Assembly: GCA_039545335.1 (NCBI GenBank) | Contig: BCIN01000001.1 | Location: forward strand, 2,855,136-2,919,135 | DNA from: Kondoa subrosea | Taxonomy: Eukaryota | Length of the DNA stretch: 64,000 bases | Reading direction: 5' to 3' | Translations under genes and position numbers: made by a program | The notes under the pieces: generated by a model | Seen by the model: only the letters and a program-made list of their open reading frames with translations | What the model was told of the DNA's origin: nothing | Database searches by the model: none | Shown here: piece after piece, positions 26,585-38,932 of the stretch | How positions within the stretch are numbered: position 1 is the stretch's first letter | How the letters are laid out: every line of letters begins with the position of its first letter

Positions 26585-27480
26585 ATGGACGCTGAAGAAG
26601 AAGTCAGAGCGAGTGTCAAGACATTAGCAGACTCCTTGAAGCCATTGCAAGACTTGCTGAATAGCGGCCTGTTCGCAAAACCTCTGTCTGAATCTTTTGC
26701 TGAAATGGACACTATGCAACAAGCCAACAGGAGTGTCCTTCTTGCTTATGCTATATATGACTTGCTATGGAGTCAGTGGCCTCAGACAAATCCCTGTCTT
26801 GACAAGAATTGATGGAGTGATCTAGTCTACCTGAAAACTCAAGGTGTGGATCCGCAGAAGCATGCTGTCTTTGAAGAACTGGTGAGTTCTATAGCGCTTC
26901 TCTCATTCGTGTTTAATTGATCCCAACGACAGCAACGAGTGCGAAAATACATGAAAGCTGCTAAGGAAATAGAAGAAGGCCCAGAAGCTCGTACGTCTTT
27001 CTGTTAGCAGTACTCGAGGATCTCGAACACTGATGTACCTGTCTAGCATCAATGCGAGTCGATAAAGATGTTGCAGCACGATTCATCAAAGCTGCGATAA
27101 ATTCTGGCTCCTCACAAACAGATGCTTTCTCACCAAAAGCCGGTTCTTCCAACACAAGCGAAGGACCTACTCCTTCCACTTCCAACAATCCAGAAATCGG
27201 TCGAATCACTCGGTTCAGCTCTTTAGCAAAACCGCTAGAAACGTATGAAGATAGCGAAGAAGAAGGGTTGAAAGTACATACTAGTGCTCCGTCTACAGCA
27301 GTCTCTTCGAGAGCAGCTACTCCATCAATAGCAGGGTCAGCAAGCGAAGAGACACCAAAAAAGAAGAAGAAATCCAAAAGCAAATTAGATCCTTTGGCTG
27401 GATACAGTGGAACGAGCGAAAAGAAGAAGAAGAAAAAGTCGATCAAGAGCAAACTTTCGGAGACCGTGAAAGATCAATGA
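26585..27480 (+). CDS. C1D/Rrp47 (Lrp1) exosome cofactor, Sas10/Utp3/C1D family
   Basis: LLAYAIYDLLW/IYLKTQGVDPQKHAVFEEL/QRVRKYMK, RVDKDVAARFIKAAI; Lys-rich tail. Confidence 0.85.
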
Positions 27481-27560
27481 TGCTATTCTTCCTAATCATA
27501 TGCTACTGAAATAGAAACTGTATACAATGCTGCTGTTACACCTTTACATAGATTGTACAT

Positions 27561-30500
27561 TTAGAGACCCCATGCATGTTCAATTATATGTATCGATTCA
27601 TCTTCCTTGTTCGTTACCGTTTCTTGCACTTGCGAAATTTCGACAGGCGAATCGACGACTTCGTTTGCTGATTTTGAATGAAAGGGAGGTGGTACTTTTC
27701 GTACTGATGCATCTCGAGGTGTCGAATCAGTAGTTACTGATCCACTTGTCCAACCTTTCAGAGCAGTAGTCAAAAGACTCGTTCTTTCTTGTTTGTCTGG
27801 AGTTGTGACCGAAGGCATATCTCCAGGTCGCTGAGGCACGATCATCTCTGGTCCAGCTGATCCTAGACCCATTCGATGTGCTTCAGGTACTCGACCAGGT
27901 AAAGCCATCATAGGTGCAGCCATATAAGATATCGAATTCGGACTGTGTAAAGCAGGAGACGCTCGAGATTGCGACGATACGGAAGAAGGAGAGGAAGCTA
28001 CGCCAGATCGATCGCTTGTCTGACTATCTGATGATCGACTTGGAGTCATATGAGCAGCTGAAGGTTCGGCAAAGACTTTCGCAGGTGGAACTTTTCGTTC
28101 AATGACTGCCGGTTTAACTTCTTCTGCCGGTTCTGGTTCCGGAAGGCCTACTCCTCGAACAGCAGCCAAAATCGAGGAGTTGTCTGTCTGCTGATCTTGG
28201 TTTGCCTTTTTGCCAAATCTAGCGCCAAAACGTGACACGAATTCTTTGGCTTGGGTGACATTCGCTTGTAGAGCTGCGTTTTCTGCTGCTTTAGCTTTCC
28301 AAGTGTCAATGAGTGAAGTAGAATTGCTTGATGCGTCACTTTTGCTAGTGTTTGGTGATGAGCTTCTTTGGGATGCGGAATCAACAGAGAGCTCTGAGCT
28401 TTCGATCTTTCGCGTTGGTGGTGTTTGTACGTGAAAGCCATTCTGTACTGATGTATTGACCTGAGAGACAGGCGCCGGCGATGGACTTGTCACCTCCTCA
28501 TGTTTTGATGGCACAGGAGCAAATGGCCCTTGGTCATCCTTGGTAGAAGGTGTGCTAGATCGAGATTGAATACTAGACTGCTTAGGTGAACCAGATATGG
28601 TTCCTTCACTTTGGGTGTTGATCGTTGTCCGATCAGTATCGATAGTTGAGCGATCAGAATCGCGGAAATGATCTGTATGAATGGTTGAGGTTTCTGTATT
28701 GATGGTCGATCGATCCAAACCAGAAGACCAAGAGGATCGGCGAGAGGAAACAGGAGAGCGAGAAGTGGTCTTCTGCATGCTTGCGTTGCGGTCGTTCTGC
28801 TGCAGAACACCACGGAGGCTATCTGCCGCTGATCTTTCCGAGGCTACGGGGAGAGGAGTATCGACTTGATTTTGAGGAGAGTTGTTGCAAGAGCTAGCAA
28901 TGCTGTGCACATCGGGATCGAAATGACTTTGCGAAGCTGGAGTAGATCTTGACAGACCTGGCGCTATAGTGGTGGCAGAAGAGGATACAGAAGAAGATAT
29001 AGAGGGCGCTCGTGTTCTTATTGAGCTTGCCTTTGCGGCACTTGTTTCAGGCAGAGTGGAAGTAGATATATTGGAGATGTTTGAAAACCAGGAACTTTTC
29101 CGATTGTGCTGCTGCGCAATTTGCTGAGCTGGAGAAGGTGCTGCTGAATCTTTTCCGCTAAGTCTACTATCTAAAGCTGCCCAAGACTTCTTGCCAGCAT
29201 CGGCTGCTGCAGGCGGAACATTGCGTTTTCTCAAAGCAGATTCACCAACTTCAGGTTCAGCAGGTCCATCTTCTAATGCCGCATCCTTTGGTTCCGCTAT
29301 CTGATCCTTTTCAAGTTTCATATCAGGCTTGACTTCTGCCAAATGCTCGTTCTTTCTGAAAGCTTCGCCAAAGATTCCCCCTCGAACCGGGTAAGGTTTG
29401 GTATCGAAGAAAGCCAGATCATCATAATTTGGCGCAACAACAGAGTCCATAATCTATAGTACATAGTGAGCAATTGTCAGGGACACTTTTCAAAACAGAG
29501 ACGCACAGTCTCTCGAATCTTGTTTTCGATGAAATTAGTGACCAGGCCGTACTTGAAATCCCGACTTGACAGTCTGGGAGTTACTTCTATATCGACCAAA
29601 GGAGCAGAAGTGAACCTAATTGAGCCATCAGTCATCCTGCAAAAGAGGACCAAGGAATCTGCCTTACCCATACCAGATTCGATTGCTGGGCGCTTCTTTG
29701 ATTTTAATAGCCAAAGTTCCAACAATCTCTTTCAGTAACACCTCTAGTACCGCTTGTACCTTGTATGTCGCGAGTGTTGCATCGACCGCAATGATGATTT
29801 TGAAGCTGCCTTTATAGTTCATGCCAACTTCCATTCCTACTTCTCCTTCAGGTGTCAAAGTCGTCAAGCGAGGTGTATCAAACGTTGGTGTTGTATTTCC
29901 TACATCCACTTGTCGGACAACGATGCTTTGCAAGAAATTGGGTTTGTTGACTCTGGCGAGTTTGTTGACTAATTTATCAACGATATATTGTTCTACGCTT
30001 TGTGTTTTGTAGACCGAGAGAAAGAGTCGACCTAAGAGCGCGTTAAAGCATCGCGTGTGGATGGAGTCTGATTGTTTGTCCAAACCAGAAATAAGCTGAG
30101 CCATATCTTCTGTTTTGAACATTGCCTTGTCCTGATTTGTTGAGGGTCGAGAAGCTCCGACTAGGGCCAGATACCAGTCTTCTTTATCTGAAATGGTTGT
30201 AGGAAAGAAGAACCAGGCTATTCATGATGTAAGCTGAAACTCGTATCATAAGCAGAGCTGACTCACGTAGATTATCAGCACTCAAAGAGTGAGTATTCTG
30301 TTCCGATGGCTGTAAGTCTGTGTCTCCGACAGTAGGCCGACTTTGAGGACACAGGACGACAGCAGTTCTCTTCATCCACAGCTCTCCATCCAGCAAATCT
30401 GCCTTCTCCTGACCCTTGATTTCCGAATGGGGCCATATAGAGGCTTTGTAGTGAGAGATATCGATAGCAGCATAAGTATCCTTATTTATAGCTGTACTGG

Positions 30501-30879
30501 TCTTCGGATCCGATTCGTAGAGATACAAAACATGAGAATTCCCGCTCCTCTTGAGTTCGGCGAAGAAGACATCCTTTTTTCTCATCCTCTTTGGATCACC
30601 AGACCGTTTGTCCATTCTAGATCGGTATGATGATGCGATACCATTGAGTGACGCGAACGAACTCTCGGGCAATACCTCGTAGGTTCGTCTGACAGTCAGC
30701 AATCCTCGCTTGATCGTCTTACTCTCTTGATGCTGCTCTTGCTTTTCGACCGTTGTTTGAAGAAGCTTGGGCTCTTCTATGACAGGGTGGAGATACAAGT
30801 AATGCAAATAGGCCCAGCCGACGAGCAAAGGGCTGCAGACACCAAGCAGCCAGGTGCAGACGACTGCCAGCCAGGTCAT
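27561..30879 (-). CDS. NVJ2: Nvj2/TEX2-like PH + SMP lipid-transfer protein
   Basis: N-terminal TM; PH-like DGELWMKRTAVVL; SMP segment HTRCFNALLGRLFL...KIKEAPSNRIWYG...SVVAPNYDDLAFF; long Ser-rich tail. Confidence 0.85.
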
Positions 30880-31373
30880 TGCAGGGTATCACTGAGCAGG
30901 GAATGAAATGTGAATGCGAAAGTGCTCGTGTCGTGTCAAAGAATGTTTGCGCTTTCACTAAAACAACGTCTTGGTTCTGATTTGGTCTGGATGTCAGTGC
31001 GAACGTTGTGAGACTATCCTTTCGCGTGTGGTACGGTCTGGTTCGCGTCAGTCGGAGTCTGCGTCAATCTGCGGGGGTTATGCGCTTTATCTCATGCTCT
31101 CTTATGCTTGCTGCATCTTTACTGCCCGCTAGCTTCTCCCGTATTTTACTCTGTGACTATGCAAACTCTTCTCCGCAGCCGCATCAGCTGGAAGCGAGAG
31201 CAATCTATCGGTGTCAGTACCAATTTATCAATGCCGCGTGCTTCCAGATTATTGCTGAGGCGTTCGTCCTCGCTCGGGTATATCCAACTACTCTACGCCT
31301 TCTGCTTCGTTCTTCGATCCGAAAAACCATATTTCATCCAAGTTATCAAGTCGCTGTCACCCTTTCGTCGACC

Positions 31374-31989
31374 ATGGACGAAGGAAGGGCTCGTATGGAG
31401 GAAGCAATGGCTCGTATGGATCGAAGAGCATCCAGAGTATCTAGCAGCTCCTTATCAAGCGATGCAATAAGCGACGAGGCGGCCCTTTATCAGAAGCTCG
31501 ATACCATATATGCTCAGCTACAGACCTCAGGCGATTTTACGAAGCTCAAAATATGCGCGATAAAGCAGCTCGTCGGAAATATCGGAAACGCGCTGAACGA
31601 AGAAGAAACTAAGCAAATTGCCGTTACAGAGCAGCATAACAAGAGAATGGAAGAGCAGACATCGCAGCTCAAGGAACAAGCTCGCCTCTTGAATGAGCAG
31701 TCTCTCCAGATGCATGAGTTGCAGGTGCGTACAAGTGAAGCCTGAATATTACACAAGAACCCAAGCTGTTTTCTTTGGTGCAGGACAAGTTCTCTGAGCT
31801 TCAGAAAGCGGTCGAAACTTACAAAGGAGATCAAGTAGTACGTATCGGCGATCCTTGAACAGCCTTTGCTGACTCTGAATCATCTAGGCAATAAAACCAA
31901 TTGCTGCCGGCAACATTCAATCAAGTGCCCAAACCTTTCAAGAGTGCGAAGGAAGTCTTCAAGATGAGACAGATATTGACAGCGAGTAA
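31374..31989 (+). CDS. small hypothetical coiled-coil protein (3' end uncertain)
   Basis: ATG at 31374 (MDEGRARMEE), Gln/Glu-rich heptads, two clean GT-AG introns. Confidence 0.55.
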
Positions 31990-32241
31990 GAGCTGATTAC
32001 GGACATGGCTGAATTGCAAGTCTGAAGAAAGTCAATGGGAGGAGTACTTGCAAATAGCTAAGGAAATCGTGGAGACTTCGTGATTGTTAATCAGGCAGCT
32101 GAGCGTGATATACGCATGAATCAATAGCGACTTCACTTAGCCTTAGATTTGGCTAACCCTCATGCTGTGTTTATGACTCTTTCTTGCTTCGAGAAGGCCA
32201 ACTCCAATGAGCCAATAGACGAGAGGAGATACCCCAATAGC

Positions 32242-35200
32242 ATGGCTCGGGTCAATGGGCATACCAATGGGCACGAAGGCAGCTCAACTCAAGAGGAAGC
32301 CGCTGCTACAGAAAGCAACATCAACGAATTAAGGCATGGGTTTCCAAGTGGAGAGAGCGAGCTGCAGGATTCTTACTACTACTGGACTGAAGTAAGCATG
32401 TTCATCTATTCCGCCGATCAGCAGCTCAAAGCCTTGCAATTCCAGGTTCGGCCAGAACAAGGCAACATTACTTGGACTCCGTCAAGTCAGCAGCAAACGG
32501 ACTGGAGAAGCAATCCGAAGCCCAAGACTACTCAGGCCTCTCTTCTGGTCTGCCTCCGCTTGGGATACGAACCACCAGATGTTGTAAAGACAGATCCATG
32601 TGCTAAACTCGAATGCTGGGTCGATACGCAAGTCGTAACTAAAGACAAGGCTCTGGAACAAGTCGGTATCAATCTACAGAAGCAGTATGAGAGCATTGCG
32701 GCAACTACCAAAATGAAGTACCGAGTACAGCTAGATCCAAAAGTAGACGAGACCAAGAAGTCTTTAATAGCTCTCAGGCGAGCTGCTAAGCAAGAGCGAG
32801 TACTGGTTCACTATAATGGTCATGGTGTGCCGAAGCCGACAGCGAGCGGCGAAATCTGGCTTTTCGACAAAGACTATACTCAATATATTCCCGTCAAGCT
32901 CTCTGACTTCCTTGGCTATGTAGAAGCTCCAAATATTCTCATCTGGGACTGCTCGGCTGCTGGTAACATTGTAGCCAAAATGGAAGAAGCTGTCAATGAG
33001 AGGGCGGAAGAAGCTTCTCGACCTGGTCCGATGAGGCATGGGCAGCAACAGCCAAATCCTTCAGCTGGAATACCATGGAGGGAAACTTTGCAATTAGGTG
33101 CATGTTCGGGCAATCAAACATTACCTATGAACCCAGATCTGCCAGCAGATCTCTTCACTTCTTGTCTTACTTCACCAATCGAGATGGCTCTTCGCTTCTT
33201 CATCTTACGCAATCCACTCAAAGCCGACTATGATCTCAATCTCACTTTTCAAATACCAGGCAAACTAACGGAACGTCGGACACCGCTAGGAGAACTGTTC
33301 TGGATTTTTACTAGCGTAACAGATACCATTGCATGGAATACAATACCTCACGCTACTTTTCAACGGCTCTTTCGTGGCGATCTTACAGTCGGTGGGCTGT
33401 TTAGAAGCTACCTATTGGCAGAGCGAATCATGCGGCACTACGAATGCACTCCCGTCTCCGTACCAGCGCTTCCGCCTACACATAATCATCCTCTCTGGGA
33501 TTCTTGGGACTTAGCGGTAGATCGATGCTTGGCTCAACTTCCAGCTATCTTAGCGAGGGAAAAGCTAAGGCAAGAGATGCACGATAAAGGATTACCAGTC
33601 CCACCAGAAACCGTTTTCCAGCAGTCGAGGTTCTTCACAGATCAACTTATGGCCTTCGAGCGTTGGCTGGAACAAGGAACTGCTCGATGTGCTGTGCCAA
33701 ATTTGACCGATTTTTCTACTGAAGCACCTACACCTCTTCCTTCTGACGGCACAACGAGACCACATCGATCCTATCCCGAACAACTTCCCATCGTCTTACA
33801 AGTCCTGCTCTTTCAAGCATATCGTATGCAAGCACTCACTCTCTTGGTCTCCTTCCTCAATCTCGGCTCTTGGGCGGTACATCTAGCGTTATCCATCGGT
33901 ACTTTCCCATACGTTCTCAAACTCCTACAAGCACCTCCGACAGGCGAACACAAACCTTATCTCATCTTCATCTGGACTCGTATTCTTGGTGTCTTCCCTT
34001 CATGTCAAGAAGATCTCATCAAACCTCAACCAGCACCTCTGACGGGAAACAGACAAGGGGAACTACCTTTTCATTTCTTTGTTCGAGTCTTACTACCACA
34101 ACCAACAAGCTCGACAGGCAATCTAAGTGAAATGCGAGCTATGTGCTGCTTCATCATTGCTCAACTGTGTCGAGATTTCCCCAGAGGTCAAGCAGCTTGT
34201 CTCTTACATCCAGCAGTAATGGATGCTCTTTCGACACATCTGTTTGATGAAGATCCGCTGCTGAGGCAATGGGCTGCTTTAGCCATAGCACAATTATGGA
34301 ACAACAATGCTCAAGCTAAAAGTCGCGGATTGATGGAGAACGTTCATACCAAGTTGACTGATATGGTTGTGGATGATGTACCAGACGTTCGAGCTTCAGT
34401 TATTTATGCTCTAGGCACGTTTCTTGGTGCTCCGGGTGGCGCCAACGTAACTGCTCCAGCTGGAAGATCTTTAGCCAGTATAGCACCGCAAGAGCTCAAT
34501 GTAGATTTCGATGGAACGGAAACGGCTTTGGGTATTGCTCTATCTGTTCTACGAGCGTTGAACGACGGATCACCAATGGTCAGGAAACAAGTTATTGTTC
34601 TTCTTTCTGTCGTAGTTGGAGACTTCATGGGTAGCATGGTCGTGGCAGCTCATCAGAATCAAGAGAAGGAGAAACTCAAGAGAAAGTCGGATGCACAACT
34701 CGCTGACACAATAGAACAGAGTTTGCACGATGCGATAGAAGCTGGTGACCCACCTTCCAGCCCAGCTTTCAAGACTGTCATCTTCGCAAGCATCTATCGA
34801 GCCTTGTGTGATTTGGCCACTGATCCTCATCCTTCGGTCAGCGATATGGCTGCTATTGTTCTTGATCAAATACACGACGCTCTTTTCTCGTCTTCCCTTG
34901 CACCTGGCAATGATTCTGCTTTTGGTGACAGCTCTTCCGTTGTATCTCGAAATACCTCACCGTATTCGTCTGTTCGGGGCGGTCTGGAACGCTCTATGTC
35001 TCAAGCTACCAATCTTGGCGCCTTACAAGAAGAAGAGCCTTACAATAAACCTCTCAAGAGAATAAATTCGGTCGGAAGCGCTCTGAAGAGTTTAGCTGGT
35101 CTTACTTTCACTGAACCCTCTGGCTCAACGTCTAACAGGCAGCGTGGTACTCGGAGTCAAATACCTTCACCGGAAAATTCTAGTCCTCTACTTCGACAGG

Positions 35201-36945
35201 CGAAAAGTACAGATTCTCTTAGACGGCAAGCATCATCAGACGAAGAAGCTTCAGTCGACAGTCACTACACTGAACTTGTTGAGAAAGACGAAGCGCGATT
35301 GAACTACTTGCATGCGAGACATACTTCGAGTTTCCCGCTGGCCGAAACGGATGAGATGGTCGAATCTGGCAACTTCATCGATAAGGGTCCTTTGCCTCTT
35401 CGATCTGACTTCTTCGATTACTCGCTTCGGCTATTCACTGTCCCTCAAATCAAGGTAAGCTCATTGTAATTCCTTAAATCAATGTCGTTTGACTTTGTCA
35501 TACAGACGGACGAATCGTCAGAGCCTGGTAGTGTGGAATACAACGCACGATTATGGCGAAGAGAAAGAGCAGACAACATTGTCCTAGCGACTCAACCTTT
35601 GCGAGAAGAAGCAGGTCGACACAGATGGGATGAACAGATAGCTTTCGCTCACAACGATTCTCCGCCTACTCGGGCTATCTTCCATCAATTTGAAGATCAT
35701 CTCATTAGTGCTGATGAAGCCGGTCGAATAGCGTAAGTGATCATACGTTGACGAAATAAATAATCTCATGCGCTTTGCCTTATAGCACATTCGACTGGCG
35801 GCGGAATAAGAAAATACATCGCTTCAACAACGAACCTTCTTCTGATGGCAGAAGCTCCACAAGCAGAATAACAACACTCAAGCTAATCAATGAGACTGAT
35901 CAAGCAATGCTCCTGACCGGTTCTGGTATGCACATACTTTTTCTCCGTCTGATCATCACTAATCTTCGTCCGCAGCGGACGGCTGTATACGATTGTTCCA
36001 GAAGTATTCAACGTCGGAAGTAGAACTCGTCACCGCTTTCCGAGGCCTTTCAGATCTAGCTCGTAGTACACGACAAGAAGCGGGAGTGATCTGCGAATGG
36101 CAACAGAATCGAGGTCAGCTTTTGGTCGGAGGTAATTCCAAGACTATACGAATTTGGGATGCTGGAAAGGATGCTTGTGATCTCGTGCGTCGGGCCCTTT
36201 CAATTCTTCTTCTTTCGCACTGCTGAAGTACGAGCTATCGAAAACAGGAAATACCTACTAGATCGAATTCCTGCATAACATCGATGACTTCAGATCAAAC
36301 TCATGGCGATATCGTGATTGCTGGATTTGGCGATGGAGTGATCCGAGTCTATGATAGAAGATTAGCTCATAGAGAGCAGATGACGCATATGTACCGCGGT
36401 CAGCATCAAGCTTGGATTCAAGATGTTCATATGCAAGCTGGTGGAAGAAGGGAGCTGATATCGGGCGGGTCAGTCTGCTCTTCTTCTCTGACTGATATTT
36501 GCTCACCAAAGTAAGCACAGAATGACCGGAGAAGTCTGTTTATGGGATCTTAGACGCTCTGATGGTCCTCTGCGAACGTCTCAAGCCCATTCTGGCGGAC
36601 TGCTTGGATTTGCTCTGCACGATCATGCTCCTGTATATGCTACGTATGCTCCTGTATGTGCTGATTTGCCAAGTACTGACTCTCTTATGGGTAGCGGCTC
36701 TGCATATCAAGTCATCAAAGTCTGGAATACAGCTGGACAAGATCCAATCAGCAAGTTCCGTAATGGAGCAAGTTATATGCCTCAGAAGAATTTCAACATG
36801 ACTACAATGACTTTCCATCCTCACCATATGGTTCTGGCTGTGGGAGCGGAAGATGGTCATTTGAATGTCAGTCCGATCCCTTATTGACATCTCAGTGTAG
36901 CTGATCTATACTTCTTAATAGGTGTATCGAAGCGATGTGCACTAG
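32242..36945 (+). CDS. KOG1: TORC1 subunit Raptor (Kog1/Mip1)
   Basis: RNC domain PPDVVKTDPCAKLECW, HYNGHGVPKPTASGEIW, PADLFTSCLTSPI; HEAT repeats; C-terminal WD40 exons. Confidence 0.97.
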
Positions 36946-37051
36946 ATCAAGTAGTAGTAAAGGAATACCACAACTAATCTGTTTAGTACCAAGAGTTTGT
37001 GATTCACCAGTACAAAAAAGCTAAATGTACAAGAAATTGTTAAAATGCTTT

Positions 37052-37659
37052 TTATTGCTCCGTCTCTTCCATTGGTCTCTGCCATAATTCATCCCATTTG
37101 AAATTGCCTATCGTTTCTGTCGGTATTCTCATCTGACGAGGAAATAATCCCGGAATTCTCCCTTGTTTGCTCGCTAGATCACCTTCTGTACCTCTTATTG
37201 CTTTAGCTGGTGAGATTGAGGGTTGATCCACAGCTGCAGCGAATAGTCTGGGTGAAGCAGTTTCCAGTTCTGCCAACGCTTCCCTCATGCTTTCATATTT
37301 GACTCTCAAGTTTTCAGCTTTGGATTCTCTTTCCCTTCGCTGATGCAATTTCCAAGCTCTTTCAATAGTATCGTGCGCTTCTAAAGATGGTACAGCTAAC
37401 TTCAAGGCTTCCAATCTTCGAGCATCAGAACTTGATGGATCGGTGAAAGAAGTGCCATAAACTTGCTGCTAAGGGTGTTAGAATAGTATATATGGGAATA
37501 GGAGTGACATACATTGCGTATTTGATCCGTTCTTGATGCATCCACTGGCGAATCGCTCACTGTTGTCCGCTTGCTTTTACTTTTAGCTGAGGCTGCTTTC
37601 TTTGGTGTTGCTTTAGACTTTGTTGCTGCATTCCTGAGAAAGATGCGACTTGTAGACAT
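37052..37659 (-). CDS. MRPL28: mitochondrial ribosomal protein mL40 (yeast MRPL28)
   Basis: HDTIERAWKLHQR...YESMREALAELET..PRLF...GLFPRQMRIPTET; one intron; basic N-terminus. Confidence 0.82.
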
Positions 37660-38258
37660 GGCTGGGAGCTGATGAGATGCGATTTTCGAAAATTAGAGAG
37701 GTTGTCTTGCTACCTTGACTTGCATGCTTTGGGCTGCATCTGAATCTGTCTACTTGTTGTTTTATGCGTTCTATCTATCTGTCTAGGGATCTAAGCCTGA
37801 TGTTGTTCGCTCGCGCTCGCCTAATGTCCCTTGAATCTGGAAAGTGCTTGTTCTCATGTTTGCTCTGATGGTCACTGCCTGCGAGAATGTTTACATACTA
37901 CAATGATGACCTTACTTGCACCTGCTCAGAGGAGAAGACACTCGAGACTCGGCCAATCAAGCTTGTCGAAACTGTTCATCTGCGTCAACTCGCTTGCTTC
38001 CGTGTAGTTGGCAATTCCAATGTATGACTGCATGGGACTCTGCTGTTCAATCGTGCTGATTTGTGGGAAGCGCGTGATCGTCAGAGAGTGTCATCGTATC
38101 AATGATATTCATTGCTTTTTGCTGTTCTTCTACGCAAGCCGCATTGCTTCGTCTTACTTGCCTCCGCTCTTACACTCTCTCTCACTCAGCTCTCTCAGAG
38201 CAAGGCTGACCCTTTTGGAAGGCAGTTTCAAATTAGCGGTCATCTCGTTCCCGGCAGC

Positions 38259-38263
38259 AAAAA
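38259..38263 (-). terminator. RNA polymerase III oligo-T terminator of tRNA-Pro
   Basis: TTTTT on the minus strand one nucleotide after discriminator C73. Confidence 0.7.
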
Positions 38264-38264
38264 T

Positions 38265-38479
38265 GAGCCTGTACGGGAATTGAACCCATGACCACTCCCA
38301 AATACGTCTGGGCAGAGCACCAGGGGTGACGAAACCCGAAGGGAGTACTGTGGACGAGCAAGTTAGAGGTGTCGATGATTACATAAGCTTTTGCCACGAA
38401 CTCCTACTACTAGACCTGTGATCGAGCAGATGAGCAGCGTTCTGGCGAGGATAGGAGCTGAGGAACTTACCAACAGGCC
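38265..38479 (-). tRNA. tRNA-Pro(CGG) in 4 exons: 38479-38471, 38415-38402, 38347-38335, 38300-38265
   Basis: Joined exons give GGCCTGT TG GTCT AGTAGTA GGAT A CTCCC TT CGG GT GGGAG TGGTC ATGGG TTCAATT CCCGT ACAGGCT C (72 nt); all four stems pair; B-box GGTTCAATTCC; two GT-AG introns and one 37/38 intron removed. Confidence 0.88.
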
Positions 38480-38932
38480 GGCAATTTTGGAGAAAACGAA
38501 AAATTCACTGTGCGTTTGCAAACTAAGACTTATTTATCTGTAGGATTTACTATCGTCCTCGTCAGCTCCCGACCCCCCTTTTCAAGCAAGCGGTCGAAGT
38601 TGCTGTTTCCCGCCAAACTGACGGAAATCTGATGCCAAAAGAGGATGACACAATAAGAAGCATATTTGTACGACACAAGATGAACAGCGTGGCCGCAGGT
38701 AGAGAGTACGATACAATATAATGCATTTTTTTTTACAAGGAATTATTGAAACAAAGTAGAAACACTCATGAATACAGCAATCATGCAAGTCGGATCAAAT
38801 TCTTTCTCTTTTACCTCATGGTCGACTCAGTTTAAGTTGGGCGAGTTCTCCCGTCCGTGATGGAGTCGAACGGAGTGAGGCTGTTGTTGCATAGACGATC
38901 GCTTTTTCCGACGAGCACCTGTTTTGCCTGAA

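Noticed and set aside
37900..38060. Box C-like ATGATGA (possible C/D snoRNA)
   Set aside because: No convincing box D with terminal stem, and no rRNA guide I could recognise.
38855..38880. GTTCGACTC T-loop-like word on the minus strand (possible second tRNA)
   Set aside because: Flanks do not form a T-stem or acceptor stem.
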